A stretch of DNA of 63,993 bases, counting the filler, from Microthyrium microscopicum (Eukaryota), in the NCBI GenBank assembly GCA_010405405.1. It is 4 parts of 4 records of this genome, joined end to end, with 100 filler letters (N's around TTAATTAATTAA, not from the genome) between each part and the next. Parts side by side here need not be neighbours in the genome. Positions count along the whole stretch, not along the records: positions 35,280 to 62,407 come from MU004239.1; 3 more parts are not named here. One strand, 5' to 3'. Below the pieces are notes generated by a model. It saw nothing but the letters and a program-made list of their open reading frames with translations. It did no database searches and was not told the DNA's origin. Below, piece after piece: positions 41,670 through 54,953 of this stretch. Within the stretch, counting starts at the first letter, position 1, and each line of letters starts with the position of its first letter. Both the position numbers and the translations under genes were made by a program.

Positions 41670-44600
41670 ATTATAAGGGTTAAGAACTCTATTTCTATAA
41701 TACTAGATTAGATTATAGGGGTATAGATTTAGATAATAGCTAACCTTCTTCTTACTATAAGAAACTAATTTATAAACATCTTTTTAGATACTAGTAGTTA
41801 AATTAATATTATTAATAAATAACTTATATAACGCTATAGCCTTAAGAAAATAACTATAGAAAGTATCTAAGCTATAAGTTTTACTAATAATATAATAAGA
41901 AGTAAATATTATAGTATATATTAGCTACGTTTTTATTATAAAAACTCTTTTAGTATTTATAAGAACGTTAAATACTATTTCTTTTCTTTTAATTAGACTA
42001 AATATATCTACCTTATAGTATAGGGAACCCTTTTATAAGAGAAATATAATATCTTTATTTACTTAAAGTAGAAGAAGTAGTTATTTAGGAAAGAGAAGCT
42101 AAAATATAAGATTATAGACTAGAGTATATTTAAGAAAGGGCTATAAGAATATAGTAAGGTATTTAAACTAACTATAAAATTTAATAAGTACCTATACTTA
42201 AATAGTAGGAAGGTAAAGATCTCTAGTATTAGCTTTAAGCTAAGCTTATAAGTAGATATTAATCTAGAGAATAGACTACTATAAAAGCTATAAGATTTAG
42301 CCTTTTAAGTTAAGGCTAAGGATAAAAATAAACCTATTCCTAAAAGTATTAAATATACTATTAAAATAACTATAGACTCTCCTTTTAGATTTATCTATAA
42401 TTTATTAGTAATAGAACTTAAAATACTATAGAAATACCTTAAGTTAGCCTTTATAAAAGATTAAATCTAGGAATTAACTAGCTTAGCTAAAGTATCTATA
42501 CTCTTTATACTTAAAAAGGATAGAGGATTATAATTTTACGTAAACTACTACTTACTTAACGTAGTTACTATTAAGAATTATTACTTATTTCCTTTAATAA
42601 ATAAGATATTAGATTAACTTAGTAAAGTAGTATACTATACTAAAATAGACCTTAAGGACGCCTATACCTAGATACTTATTTAAGAATAAAATTAATAGAA
42701 AATAGCATTCTATACCTAGTATAAATACTATAAATACTAAGTTATACTTTTTAGACTTATTAATATCCTAGCTACGTTCTAAGCCTATATTTATAAAGTA
42801 TTAGCAAGACTCTTAAATATTATTTATATTATCTACCTTAATAATATTCTTATCTTCTTTAAAACGTATAAGAATTACGTTTATAATATACGTATTATAT
42901 TAAAATACCTACTAGCTACTAAGCTTTATACTAATTCTAAGAAGTACTAATTCTTTACTAATAAAGTAGAATTCCTTAGTTTTATAGTCTCTATAAAAGG
43001 AGTAAAAATAAATCTTAGTTAAGTTAAGTCTATTATAAAATAGCTAGAACCTAAGAGCTATAATAATATATAAGTATTTATTAGCTTTATAAATTTCTAC
43101 TATAGGTTTATTAAAGGCTACTTAAAGATAGTAAAACCTTTAACTAACTTGCTTAAGGATATATAACTTAGAAGGAAATATAAACCTTTTATCTAGATAA
43201 AGAAAGTAACATAAACATTTTATATACTCTATATAGTCTTTAATAAAACTTTTATTCTTATATATTTTAACCTAAAGAAAAGAATCTACCTTAAGACTAA
43301 TATATCCTAGTATACTATTATAAATATTCTTTTCTAGCTATAGAAAGATAGCTAATAGTACCTTATTACTTTTTAGTTAAGAAAATTAATAAAAGCTAAA
43401 ATTAACTATTAAACTTATAACTAGGAGCTTCTTACTATTATTAAGGCTATAAAATATTAGTAATATTACTTTAAAAATAGTTACTATCCTATTAAGATTC
43501 TAACTAATTATAATAACCTAGTAAGGTTTATAAAATAGAAGAACTTAAATAGGCGCTAAGCATACTAAGTAATTATATTAATAAAGTATAACTTCTATAT
43601 TAAGTATTAAAGCAAAAAGATAAATCTTATAAATATGCTATTAAGATAACCTAACTATACTACTATAGAATAGGCTATAAATAACTTACTACCTACTCTT
43701 TAGAAGAAACTAGAACTCCTTTTAGAGAAAGAATAGAAAAAGCTAATCTTTATAAATAGTCTTAAGCTAATAAAGTAACTTACTAATAAGATGCTAATAA
43801 TAAATAAGTATAACCTTATAGATAAAATATCTAATATTAAGTACTACTTAATACTAAACATATTAAAGATAGGCAAGATACCTTATAAGTAAATAAGTAG
43901 CTAAGATACTATAAATAAGAAGAGTAAAGACTTTCTTAGCTCCTAAAAAGTAATTACTACTTTAGACTACATCTATATCTTAAAAATTATAATAAAAAAA
44001 ATAATATAAAACCTATATATTATAGATAAAAAAGCTCTAAATATACTAATTACCTTAGTCTAAATTACTTAAGATAGTAATAAAGAACTTAGGCGTATCT
44101 AAGAAGTACTTAATACGTAACTAGAATCTAAAGAAATCTAATAGCTAAAAAATACTTAATTAGTCTAAAGAGACTACCTTTACTATAAAGGCTAACTATA
44201 TATATTTTATAAGCTTACTTTAAGAGACAAACTCTTAGTAATATACTATAATAACCTACTAGTAAGATACTTAAAAGTTTAAAGTACTATAAAACTACTC
44301 TATAAATAGTTTTATTAGCTAAAAATAAAAGAGAATATATAAATATATATAAAGACTTACTTAGTCTACTAAAGAATAAAAGTAAAATAATATTAACTTT
44401 ATAATAAGTTAAAGTCTTTACCTTAACTAACCTAACTATAGTAAGAAATTATTATAGACTTTATTATAAGTTTACTACTTTATAAATATAAACTTATAAC
44501 GTTTAATACTATACTAATAATTATAGATTAATATACTAAATAAATAAGGTATATTAAAATTATAAAAGATATAACTACTAAAAAGCTAATAAAACTTATA

Positions 44601-45520
44601 AAAAAAAGAGTTTTTTTAAAAAAAGGCCTACTAGTAGGCATTATATTAAATAGAGAATCTATCTTTATAAGTAAATTTTAGACTAAACTATACTAAGTAA
44701 GAAAAGTAAAATATAGGCTATCTATAGCTTAGTATTTATAAACTAATAGCTAGACTAAGTAGTAAAACTTAGTACTAAGATATTACTTATAAGCCTTTAT
44801 TACTAAAAACTAGACAAACTAATTAAGCCTTCTATCTATAGTATAATAGATAATAAATACGTTTTATAATAAGATACTTAATTATATCCTAAATATAATT
44901 AAAATAAGATATAAACTAATCCTCTTAATAAATCTTTTTATAGACTCTAAGAATAGGCTTAAAGAAAAGGAAAGTAAGGTAGTAGTAGTAAAGTAAAAAG
45001 TAGTAAAAATAGAATAAGACTAAGAAAAGATAGTAGAACACTAGAAAAAAGTAGTAGAATACTAAGCTAAGTTTTATAATAAGAAGTATATTCTAATATT
45101 ATTTTATATAGAAAATAAGGTCCTACTATTAATAGAGAATATTAAACTTAAACTATTAAGTAAGAAGCTAGCTCCTTACTATATAGAATTATTTAGTATC
45201 TAAGACGTAGTTAAAGAATAAGCCTACTAACTAAACTTTCTAATAGGCTACTAAATCTATAACGTCTTCTATATATCTAAACTTAAGCTATATTATTAAA
45301 GAGAAGATTAAAAAGAACTAGAGCTCCTTATAGCTATTAAGCTAGAAGATAAAAAAGAATAAGAGGTAAGAGCTATCTTAGATAAAAAGAAATAAAAAAA
45401 GAAAGTTAAATACTTTATTTATTAGTAAGGCTATTTTCTAACTTATAACTTTTAGGAATAAGAAGAAGATTATAAGAACGTATAAGACTTAATTAAGGTT
45501 TTTAAAGAAGCTAGTAGACT
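41670..45520 (+). pseudogene. pol: pol relic: protease, reverse transcriptase, RNase H, integrase, chromodomain
   Basis: PR IFLDTSS (41778). RT LFILKKDRGL*FYVNYY (~42500), KIDLKDAY (42642), YLNNILIF (42834, YLDD). RH KTNIS (ETDAS) and YN*ELLTII. IN YYNNLLVRY...TYLVY (HHCC), IDFIISL, LNRESIF, Y L*TNS*TK**N (HPQTDGQTERQN), NVFYISKL. Chromodomain E*EVRAILD...YFIY**GY...F*E at 45358-45480. Confidence 0.95.
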
Positions 45521-48500
45521 TAAGTTTATTATTATAAAGAAAAGAAAAAGAGAAGAATAAAACTATAAAGAAAGGCATTATAAGAAAGAAGAGATTTTTA
45601 TACGCTTTTTATTTATTATAAAAAAGTAACTAACTAGTAGAATAAAAACTAGAAAACTAAAAATAGAAATAGTAAAAATTATAGTTAAGTAAATTACTAG
45701 TAAGATATAAATAAAACCTAAATAAAATTAAGAGGTCTTATAAGAGACTAATAAGCTAGTACTATAAAAAAAAAAGGACCCTCTTCTATAGAAATAGAAG
45801 AAGTAGACTATTAGTAAATATAATAAAAAATAAGAATTTTTTCTAAATACTATAACTATAAATAGTAAGTTAATAAAAAGGCTAGTCCTAAAAGATATTA
45901 AGACTAGTAACTTACATTTAAAGAAATAAATAAACATAGTATTTACGTAACTAAAACGTAACTAAATTACTAGACTCTAACTCTATATATTAAAATACTA
46001 TAACTTTAAAAGTAAGCATTAGATACTATTAGTTACTCTAAGACTACTAGGAAAAGAGTACATAATAGATATAGCTAGAGTAATTAGCACGCTATTAGTA
46101 AATAGGTAAGTAGATAAAGGAATATTATAAATTATAGGTACTATAAGCGTAAGAGAAGGATAAAGATAGCTAGGATTAATACTAATAAAATTAATACTAC
46201 TATCTAGATTATAGTAGATAATTACTCTACTAGTAGTATAACGCTACTAGAATTAGTAGAGAGAGCAAACTATTTCGTTAGTATATTAAGCCTAAGCCTA
46301 GGTAGCTAGAAAGAAGCTATAGAAGAGTAGTATAGTTACTTTATTAGACTACTTAGTCTATATACTACTTACTTCCTTATCCTTAATCTCTTTTATAGTA
46401 AGTAGATATACTATAGAGCGTAAGGTACTAATATTTAAGATAAATTTAAAAAGTACGTAAGCTCTAGATATAGTAATATTCTCCTTATTTTAGACTAAAG
46501 AAAATAAGAAGTAAATATAAGGATAATTACCCTACGTAGGTAGATTACTAATAAGTAGAGATAACGAAAAATTATTAGTAGTAAAACTTAGCTCTTAGTA
46601 AGGATTAAGTAGTTTAAAGCCTTCTAGGTAGATTCTTATAGGCTAGATAGATACTTAAACTTATAACTAAGTATAAGATATAAATAGAAGATAATTCTAA
46701 GAATAATAGTTAGTAGAAGTATAACTTATAGATAAAATATAAAAGAACCTATACTAAGATACTAGATATTATTAGTCTACTTTAGTATATTTCTAATACA
46801 ACTAAGTATAGTATAAATATAAAATACTATATCTAAGGCTATAAGATAGCTATAGCCTTCTAGGTAACCCTCTATATAATACTAAACTATAATAGAAGTA
46901 TTATAAGCTTATTAATAACGCGTTAACTTCTTATTATAAATATAGTACATATTACTATATTAATAAAACTTAATAAAAAAACCTAAAGGCGTAATAACTA
47001 TAATAGAACTTATAAAATTAAAAAACGTAAAGTAAATATATAAGTAGATTAAGTTATTTATAACCTTATTAAAGACTATAAGTATCTAAATAGAGGTTAA
47101 TACATAAGCTATATCTAAGTTACTAATAAGATACTTATAATATTATAATAATGCTTCTAGTAAGTATAGTAATAGTACTTAATAAAGTTATCTTTATAAC
47201 TATACATAGTACTTTATAAGATATAACTACTATTAGAATAATAGTAGACTATATTATTAATAATATTCTATAAATATTAAAGATAATACAAGAAGAAAAG
47301 CAAAGTAGGTATAGCTTAAGAGTAAGATATAATCTAAGCAATATTCTATAAAAGTATAAGTTAGTAAAAGAATTAGGTAAGTTACTTATAATATACTTAC
47401 TATAAAGGCCTACTACTAAGTAATTTAAACTATAGGACCTAAGTCTATATTTCCTAGCTTACTAGGTAAGTTATCTAACTTAAACTTCTTACTATCTAAA
47501 AATAACGTATAGAGTAGCGTAAAAATACTCTAATAAGTAGTTTACTTTTTAATTATAAGATAAGTAGTAAGTAGCTATAAAAGCTCTAACAATAAAGTAT
47601 TCTTATAACAACATTTTCTATTAATCTAAAAAGTACATAGAGTATAGGTTAGCTATAAAGTAAAGTTAGTAGTTAAATTAATTATAATAGTACTAAAAAG
47701 TACTTAGAGTAAGTAATAAAAGCTATTAATACTATATTAGACTAAATAAGAAATAAATAGTAGATTAGTACTAGTAATAATATAGCTTAAGAGTAATAAG
47801 ACGTAAAGAGTTAATAAACCTCCTTAAAGCTCTAAGAAGACTACCTAATTAGTAAGTTAAACTAAGTTATAATTACGTAACTTAAGCTCCTTAAAAGCAC
47901 ACTAAGAACCTTACAGAGTATAAAGAGCAGTAAAACGCTAGTAAATTATACGCTTAAAAGGTTAACTACTACGTTACTAAGATTATTAAAACTCCTAAAA
48001 GGCATAATATATTCTTAGAAAATAATTACTTAGGTTAAGGTTAACTAACTACTTACTCTTCTATAAATTACTATTATTAATAAAGTTATTATTATTAAAA
48101 GAATTAACGTTAATAGAATCCTAATAAGACGAATTACTACTATGCAAACTACTAGAACAATAATAAGAAAATATTATAGAAGAATAATTAAAATACTATT
48201 AGAACGTACGTTAAAAAGTTAAAAATATTAAAAATAGGCAAAGAAAATACAAATAGAGTACGAAAAGAATATAAATTAAATTAAAGACTCTAAAGAGATA
48301 TAGTTTTAAAAACTTTTAAGATTTTAGGTAGGTAATATACTTATAGATTACTTATAAGAAGAAAAGATTATAGTATTAAGAAGATAGAGTATTATAGTTC
48401 TAAAATATTTTAGTATTATATATATACATAATACTATTATAATAAATAAAATTATTATTATCTATATAATAAATACTATAGTAACTCTAAAGATAAGAAT

Positions 48501-48568
48501 ACTATAGATTAAGACTATACCTACTAAAAAAGGAAGGCATAATAGCTAAGTTATTAAAGACAACTTTC

Positions 48569-48585
48569 TTTAGAAGAGAAAGCTC
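48569..48585 (+). promoter_or_regulatory. Polypurine tract
   Basis: AGAAGAGAAAG lies immediately upstream of the 3' LTR. Confidence 0.7.
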
Positions 48586-48904
48586 TATTATAAATCTTTA
48601 CGAACTTACTATAAAGGCGTAGGTATCCTACTACTTTCTTACTTACTCTACTCTTATAATACGCTATAAGAAGGCTCTTTACTAGCAAACTATTAGGTTA
48701 ATATAAATAGTGCCTACCTTCTACTATAATAAGACAAAGCTAAAATAGAGCTAAGGATAAGAAGAAGAGATAGTCTTACTAAAGAGAAGATAGAGAGGAG
48801 TATAAGTAAAGAAGTAAACTTAATCTCTTAGAAGATTAAGTATTAGTCTTATCTTAATACTAGTTCTTAGAATCTATTTTTCTTACTTTAAACTATCCTT
48901 TATA
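48586..48904 (+). repeat. 3' LTR (319 bp)
   Basis: Same length as and colinear with 40138-40456, differing by transitions. Followed by GTAAG. Confidence 0.97.
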
Positions 48905-51900
48905 GTAAGTCTAACTAACTAGTAGAACTAGGTTATTATATAACTTAAGAAAGTAAAGTTTAACTATAATAATATTATAATAATATTACACTTAAAGGAT
49001 ATACTCCTAGGTATCTCTTTTTATAGATAAGTTCTAAGAGTTTTAAAATATTAGTAAATTACTTAAGAGTAGTAAATATAAAGATATATTAGATATTAAT
49101 AATATAGATAACTAAACTAAACTAGAAGATAGTAAAAGTAGTATTAAGCTAAGTAATAAAGAAGAAAGTAAACTAAATAGTATAAAAGAATATAAAGTCT
49201 TTAATAATTTTATAGTAGGTATATAAATCTAAATATAATTAGATTAAATATACCTAAATATAACTAGATAATNNNNNNNNNNNNNNNNNNNNNNNNNNNN
49301 NNNNNNNNNNNNNNNNNNNNNNNNNNNNNNNNNNNNNNNNNNNNNNNNNNNNNNNNNNNNNNNNNNNNNNNNNNNNNNNNNNNNNNNNNNNNNNNNNNNN
49401 NNNNNNNNNNNNNNNNNNNNNNNNNNNNNNNNNNNNNNNNNNNNNNNNNNNNNNNNNNNNNNNNNNNNNNNNNNNNNNNNNNNNNNNNNNNNNNNNNNNN
49501 NNNNNNNNNNNNNNNNNNNNNNNNNNNNNNNNNNNNNNNNNNNNNNNNNNNNNNNNNNNNNNNNNNNNNNNNNNNNNNNNNNNNNNNNNNNNNNNNNNNN
49601 NNNNNNNNNNNNNNNNNNNNNNNNNNNNNNNNNNNNNNNNNNNNNNNNNNNNNNNNNNNNNNNNNNNNNNNNNNNNNNNNNNNNNNNNNNNNNNNNNNNN
49701 NNNNNNNNNNNNNNNNNNNNNNNNNNNNNNNNNNNNNNNNNNNNNNNNNNNNNNNNNNNNNNNNNNNNNNNNNNNNNNNNNNNNNNNNNNNNNNNNNNNN
49801 NNNNNNNNNNNNNNNNNNNNNNNNNNNNNNNNNNNNNNNNNNNNNNNNNNNNNNNNNNNNNNNNNNNNNNNNNNNNNNNNNNNNNNNNNNNNNNNNNNNN
49901 NNNNNNNNNNNNNNNNNNNNNNNNNNNNNNNNNNNNNNNNNNNNNNNNNNNNNNNNNNNNNNNNNNNNNNNNNNNNNNNNNNNNNNNNNNNNNNNNNNNN
50001 NNNNNNNNNNNNNNNNNNNNNNNNNNNNNNNNNNNNNNNNNNNNNNNNNNNNNNNNNNNNNNNNNNNNNNNNNNNNNNNNNNNNNNNNNNNNNNNNNNCT
50101 AAAAATATATAGAATAGGTAGGATTATATATATAATAAAGAACTATATAAAACCTATAACCTTAAAATATATAACTATTATAATAGCTAAAAAAGTCTAG
50201 TAATAGAATAATAAAAAGAAATATATATTTAAATAAAGAGCTATATAAAGATTATAATTCTAAAATAACTAAATTTATATATAGGAAAAATAGCTCTAGG
50301 AAAAGAATAGTAGAGAGGAATATATATCTAATAAAGAGCTATATAAAGACTATAACCTTAAAATAACTAAATATTTATAGAGTTATAATCTTTATTTAAT
50401 AATTTAAAGCTAAAACTTACTTCCTAATATTTCTAGGTTATAGCTTTTAGATAGTACCTTTAATATAGAGTATATTATTAGAAATATTTACTTATTTAGA
50501 CTAGTAAAGCCCTCTTTATTACCTATTATTACTATAATAAGAAGTAGCTATATATATTTAATTTACTTATTACTTCCTAAAATAGTAGTCTACTATAAGG
50601 CTTAGCGTTATAAAATATTTAACCTACGTAATTTTTATTATATCTATCTAAAGTAGTATATACTAAGTATTATATTAGGAAATTAATAATTATAAAACCT
50701 TAGAAATATTAATAGGGCTAGAGTTAAGTTAAAAACCTCTAACTATTTAGTCTTAATTTTTTCTAAATCTTCTTTAAACTACTCTATTATCTATTTCTAT
50801 ATTTTAGCCTATATTAATTTTTTAGGTTATAGTTTTTATTAGCTTCTTATAGCTTTTTTACCTACTTTACTACTTATTTTTAAGTTACTAATAAAACGTA
50901 TAATAATTCCTACTTATTTTCTAGATTATATATTATAGTAGCTTCTTAACTATTTTAGTAGCTTCTTCTCTATACTTTCTAAGGTATAATCTTTAGTAAG
51001 TTATTAGTATTTTACTAGCTTCTTCTCTTTACTTTCTAGATTATAGTCTTTAGTAAGTTATTAGTATTATACTAGTTTTTTCTCTCTACTTTTTAAGTTA
51101 TAGTTTTTAGTAGCCTATTAGTATTTTACTAGCTTTTTCTATCTACTTTCTAAGTTATAGTTTTTAATAAACTCTTAGCTACTATTTTCTTTTATTCCTA
51201 CCTTTTTTTAGTTATTATTTCCTTAGTTATATTTTATTTAGATAAGTAGGTAGTTCTTTATTATACTTAGTAAAATGCCTAGTAATAATTACTCTTTTAT
51301 AGATATAGCTAAAAGTATATAAAGTTAGCTAGTAACTATTATAAAGAAGATAAATATAATTAGTAAAAAGACTAAAGCTTTAGATAAGAAGGTTAAGTTT
51401 AATACTACTAAATTAATTATTAACGTTAAACTAACTAAAGAGTAGACTAAGGCGACTAAAGCTAAACCTACTAAAGCTAAGATTATAAAGGATAATAGCT
51501 AAAAAGTTTAGATAAGATAAATTATTAAAATATTAACTATATTATAAGATAAGTATAGTTTAGTATTTATCTTTTTACTACTAATAACTTTTACTAGTTT
51601 TATATAAGTAATAATTATTAATAATATTAGTAGTATTATTCCTTTAGCTATATATAGATTATAGCTACTACCTTTAATACTTTATAACTAAATTAACTAT
51701 ATTCTTATTTCTTTAGTATACTAAGATACTATCTTTTTAACTATATAATTAGACTAAGAGTTTAGATTTCTATATCTATTATCTAACTCTCTAATAGTCT
51801 TTTAACTAGATTATTTTAATATTTATACTAATAAATAAAATTCTATTAAATACCTACTTAGAATAAATAGTATAATTAAAAGAGTATAATCTTATAATTA

Positions 51901-54900
51901 ATAGTATAAGCTAATTTACGTTTATAGTATATTATATTATATTAAGATTACTTAGACTATTTACTCTAAGTATAAAGTATTAGTTAAAAAGGTAGTAAAT
52001 AATATATTCCTTAAAATAGCTTAAGGTATAAAATATAGTAATAACTAGGCCTTATAAAAAAGATAGAAAGATTACTTTTATTAAAAAGCGTTATATTTTA
52101 GAATTAAGTAGAAGTTTAAATAGAACTCTAATTTCCTTATAAAGCTTATAATAATTAGGAAATTAAAGATTAAATTTACTAGACTTAATAAGGTTAATAT
52201 AGTTAGCCTTAACTAAGATACTATAATCTATTACTCTACTATACTATTATAGCTTAATAATAATATATATAAAGTAGCTATTATCTTTATTAGATATAAA
52301 GAAGCTTATTATCTATAGCTTAAAGAGGAAGTTATAGCTAAAAAATAAGAAGAAAAAGAAGTAGTAGCTATAGAGAATAGGAAAATTATCTAAATCTCTT
52401 TTTTTATAATAACTAAGATATACTTACGTTATATAATTTATAGTAACTATAATTTTAACTTAACTATATAATATTTTATCTTTATTATAATAAGTATAAA
52501 AAACTAAATAATAATAATATTAATAATTATAATAACTATATTAGTAATAATAGATAAATAAAAGAAGAAATAAAAAGAATAAATAATAAAAGTTAGTTAG
52601 TATATAGAAAGGGTTATAAAGTAAATAATATATAGTAGTAAACTACCTAGCTCTATTAATTAAATATAAAAATTTATACTATACCTATATATTATTTAAT
52701 AGTAATTAACTTATTATTTATCCTAATAATACTATTATATAAGAATAATATAAATCTAATATATTAAATATTTTCTTAGGAATTAGTAATAAGTTTTAAA
52801 TTTATTAGAAAGAATATTACTATTTAGAAGAATAATATAACTTACTATAGAATATAACTTTAGAATTATAAATACTTAAATAAAATAAGATATAAAGTAG
52901 ATCTAAATTATTAATAGATATATACTATTTAGAGTCTATAACTCTAGAATATAAGTCTTATACTATAATTATATATAGTTATTTCTAATACTATAGATTT
53001 AGTACGCTAATACTTAGCTTCTACTATTTTATATTCTTATATTTTTATATTCTAGTATAAGTAAGAGTAACTATTAGTATACTCTATTTTACTTTATATT
53101 TATATTAAAATACTATTACTTACTTAATATATTATACTTTTCTTTTTTAGGAATTATTTACTAAGTTTTTAAATATTAGAAGGTATATACTAATATTTAG
53201 TAAAATATTTATTTATAGATTTACTAAAAAAGTATAAAGTATTTTAAGTTTATAGTTCCTTTATCCTTTCTTTATAATTCTTTATAAATTCTAAAGTTTA
53301 GTTTAAGTAGATAGGCTTTAAAATTCTTAGGTTATAGTCTATAGCTAGCCTATTATATATATTTAAAACTTTTCTATTAAAGTTATTACTCTATACTTTC
53401 TTTTAACTCTTTCTTACTACTTTATTATTTATTCTAAATCTAATACTAATTAATAAAACTATATTTACTTTATATTATTTACTTTTTATAATTTTAGCTA
53501 AAATTCCTAGGCTATATATTTTAAGTATCTTATTACTTAGTCTATCTTTTTTAATTTTATATCTTAATTTCTTAGGTTATAGTTTTTAGGTTTTTCTTAC
53601 TTAGGTTTTCTTTTTCTCTTACTTAACTTAATTTCTTAGGTTATAGTTCTTAGTTATTTCTTATTTAATTTTATATTTTCCTCTTTTATAGCCTAATTTC
53701 TAAAGTTATAAATTTTAAGTATTTCTTATTTAATTTTATATTTTCTTTTCTTATAGCCTAGTTTCTTAGATTATAAATCTTAGTTATCTTTTTTTTAATT
53801 TTATATTTTTCTTTCTTGTAGCTTAGTTTCTTAGGTTATAAATCTTAGTTATTTTTTCTTTAATTTTATATTTTCTTCTCTTATAGTCTAATTTTCTAGG
53901 TTATAAATCTTAGCTATTTTTTTACTAAATTATAATTTTCTATAAAATATATATTCTCTATTATATATATAGTAGTAAATATAAATAACTCTAAAGATAA
54001 TAATAAATTAGTAATGTTTTATCTAGTCCTAAGTTAGTAACCTAAGCATTAAATAGCTTATAAAACTTTACTAAGTAGTAGTATATAATCTATAGTAAAA
54101 GTAGCTTATAAAGCTTTAGTAGATAGTAGAATATAACCTATAAATAAAGGGCCTTATAAATCTTTATTAAATACTACTCTTAATATTATATTAAAACTAG
54201 ATAAGACTATAAAGAAAGTATATAGAAAAATAAAATTTTTAATAAAAAAGATAAAGAACCTTAGTATAATATTAGAATAAAAAAACGTAAATTAAAAATA
54301 ATCTTAAGAAGGTAAGCTAAATATAGTAAATAAATATTTTAATATAATTAAGATTAAGTACCTAGACCTTAAAATTACTAAAAGTAATAATAAGCTTAAA
54401 ATTTAAGTAATTAAGAGAAACCTATACTAAAAGACTAAACGTAAATATTAATTATATTAAAGTTCTAATAAAAATGAATATAAAGATAATAATAATTATT
54501 AACTAAGTAAACTATCTTATAAGTATAAGTAAGCTACTTAGTAAACTAATTATACTAATATAGATAAGAATAAAAATATTAATATAATAAGTATACTTTT
54601 AATATATAACGTAGCTAGTATTATAGTACCTTATAAACTTAGCTAACTTTTTATAGAAGATTAGCTAAAAGAGTATATTAGTTATATAAAAGTTATTATA
54701 AGTATACTATAACTCTATTTCTAGTATTATTCCTTTTATTAGTTTAGTTATATTAAATATTACTATATGTTANNNNNNNNNNNNNNNNNNNNTTATATTA
54801 ACTTAGACCTATTTACTAATAGTAATCTAGTATAAGCTAATACTAGTATATATTCCTAGTTCGTATAGATATTATAAAATATAGACGTAAAAGGTATAAC

Positions 54901-54953
54901 TAAGTAAGCTTACACTATATTTATAAAATCTTAAATTATCTCTATACTCTAAA

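Larger units (their letters stand above)
40138..48904 (+). mobile_element. Full-length Ty3/Gypsy chromovirus LTR retrotransposon (8767 bp), RIP-inactivated
   Basis: Two 319-bp LTRs, a 5-bp TSD GTAAG (40133-40137 and 48905-48909), gag-PR-RT-RH-IN-chromodomain order, and a purine tract before the 3' LTR. Confidence 0.97.
35280..54953 (+). mobile_element. Second copy of block A (reverse complement of 16589-5200), interrupted by the Gypsy element
   Basis: Colinear reverse-complement matches: 35280=16589, 36874=~14835, 40137/48905=11573-11577, 50099=~10296, 54772=~5630, 54950=~5201. Confidence 0.92.

Noticed and set aside
45728..45937. 69-aa ORF from the track
   Set aside because: It is an F/L/I-rich antisense reading of an A-rich tract in the retrotransposon 3' region, with no recognisable motif.
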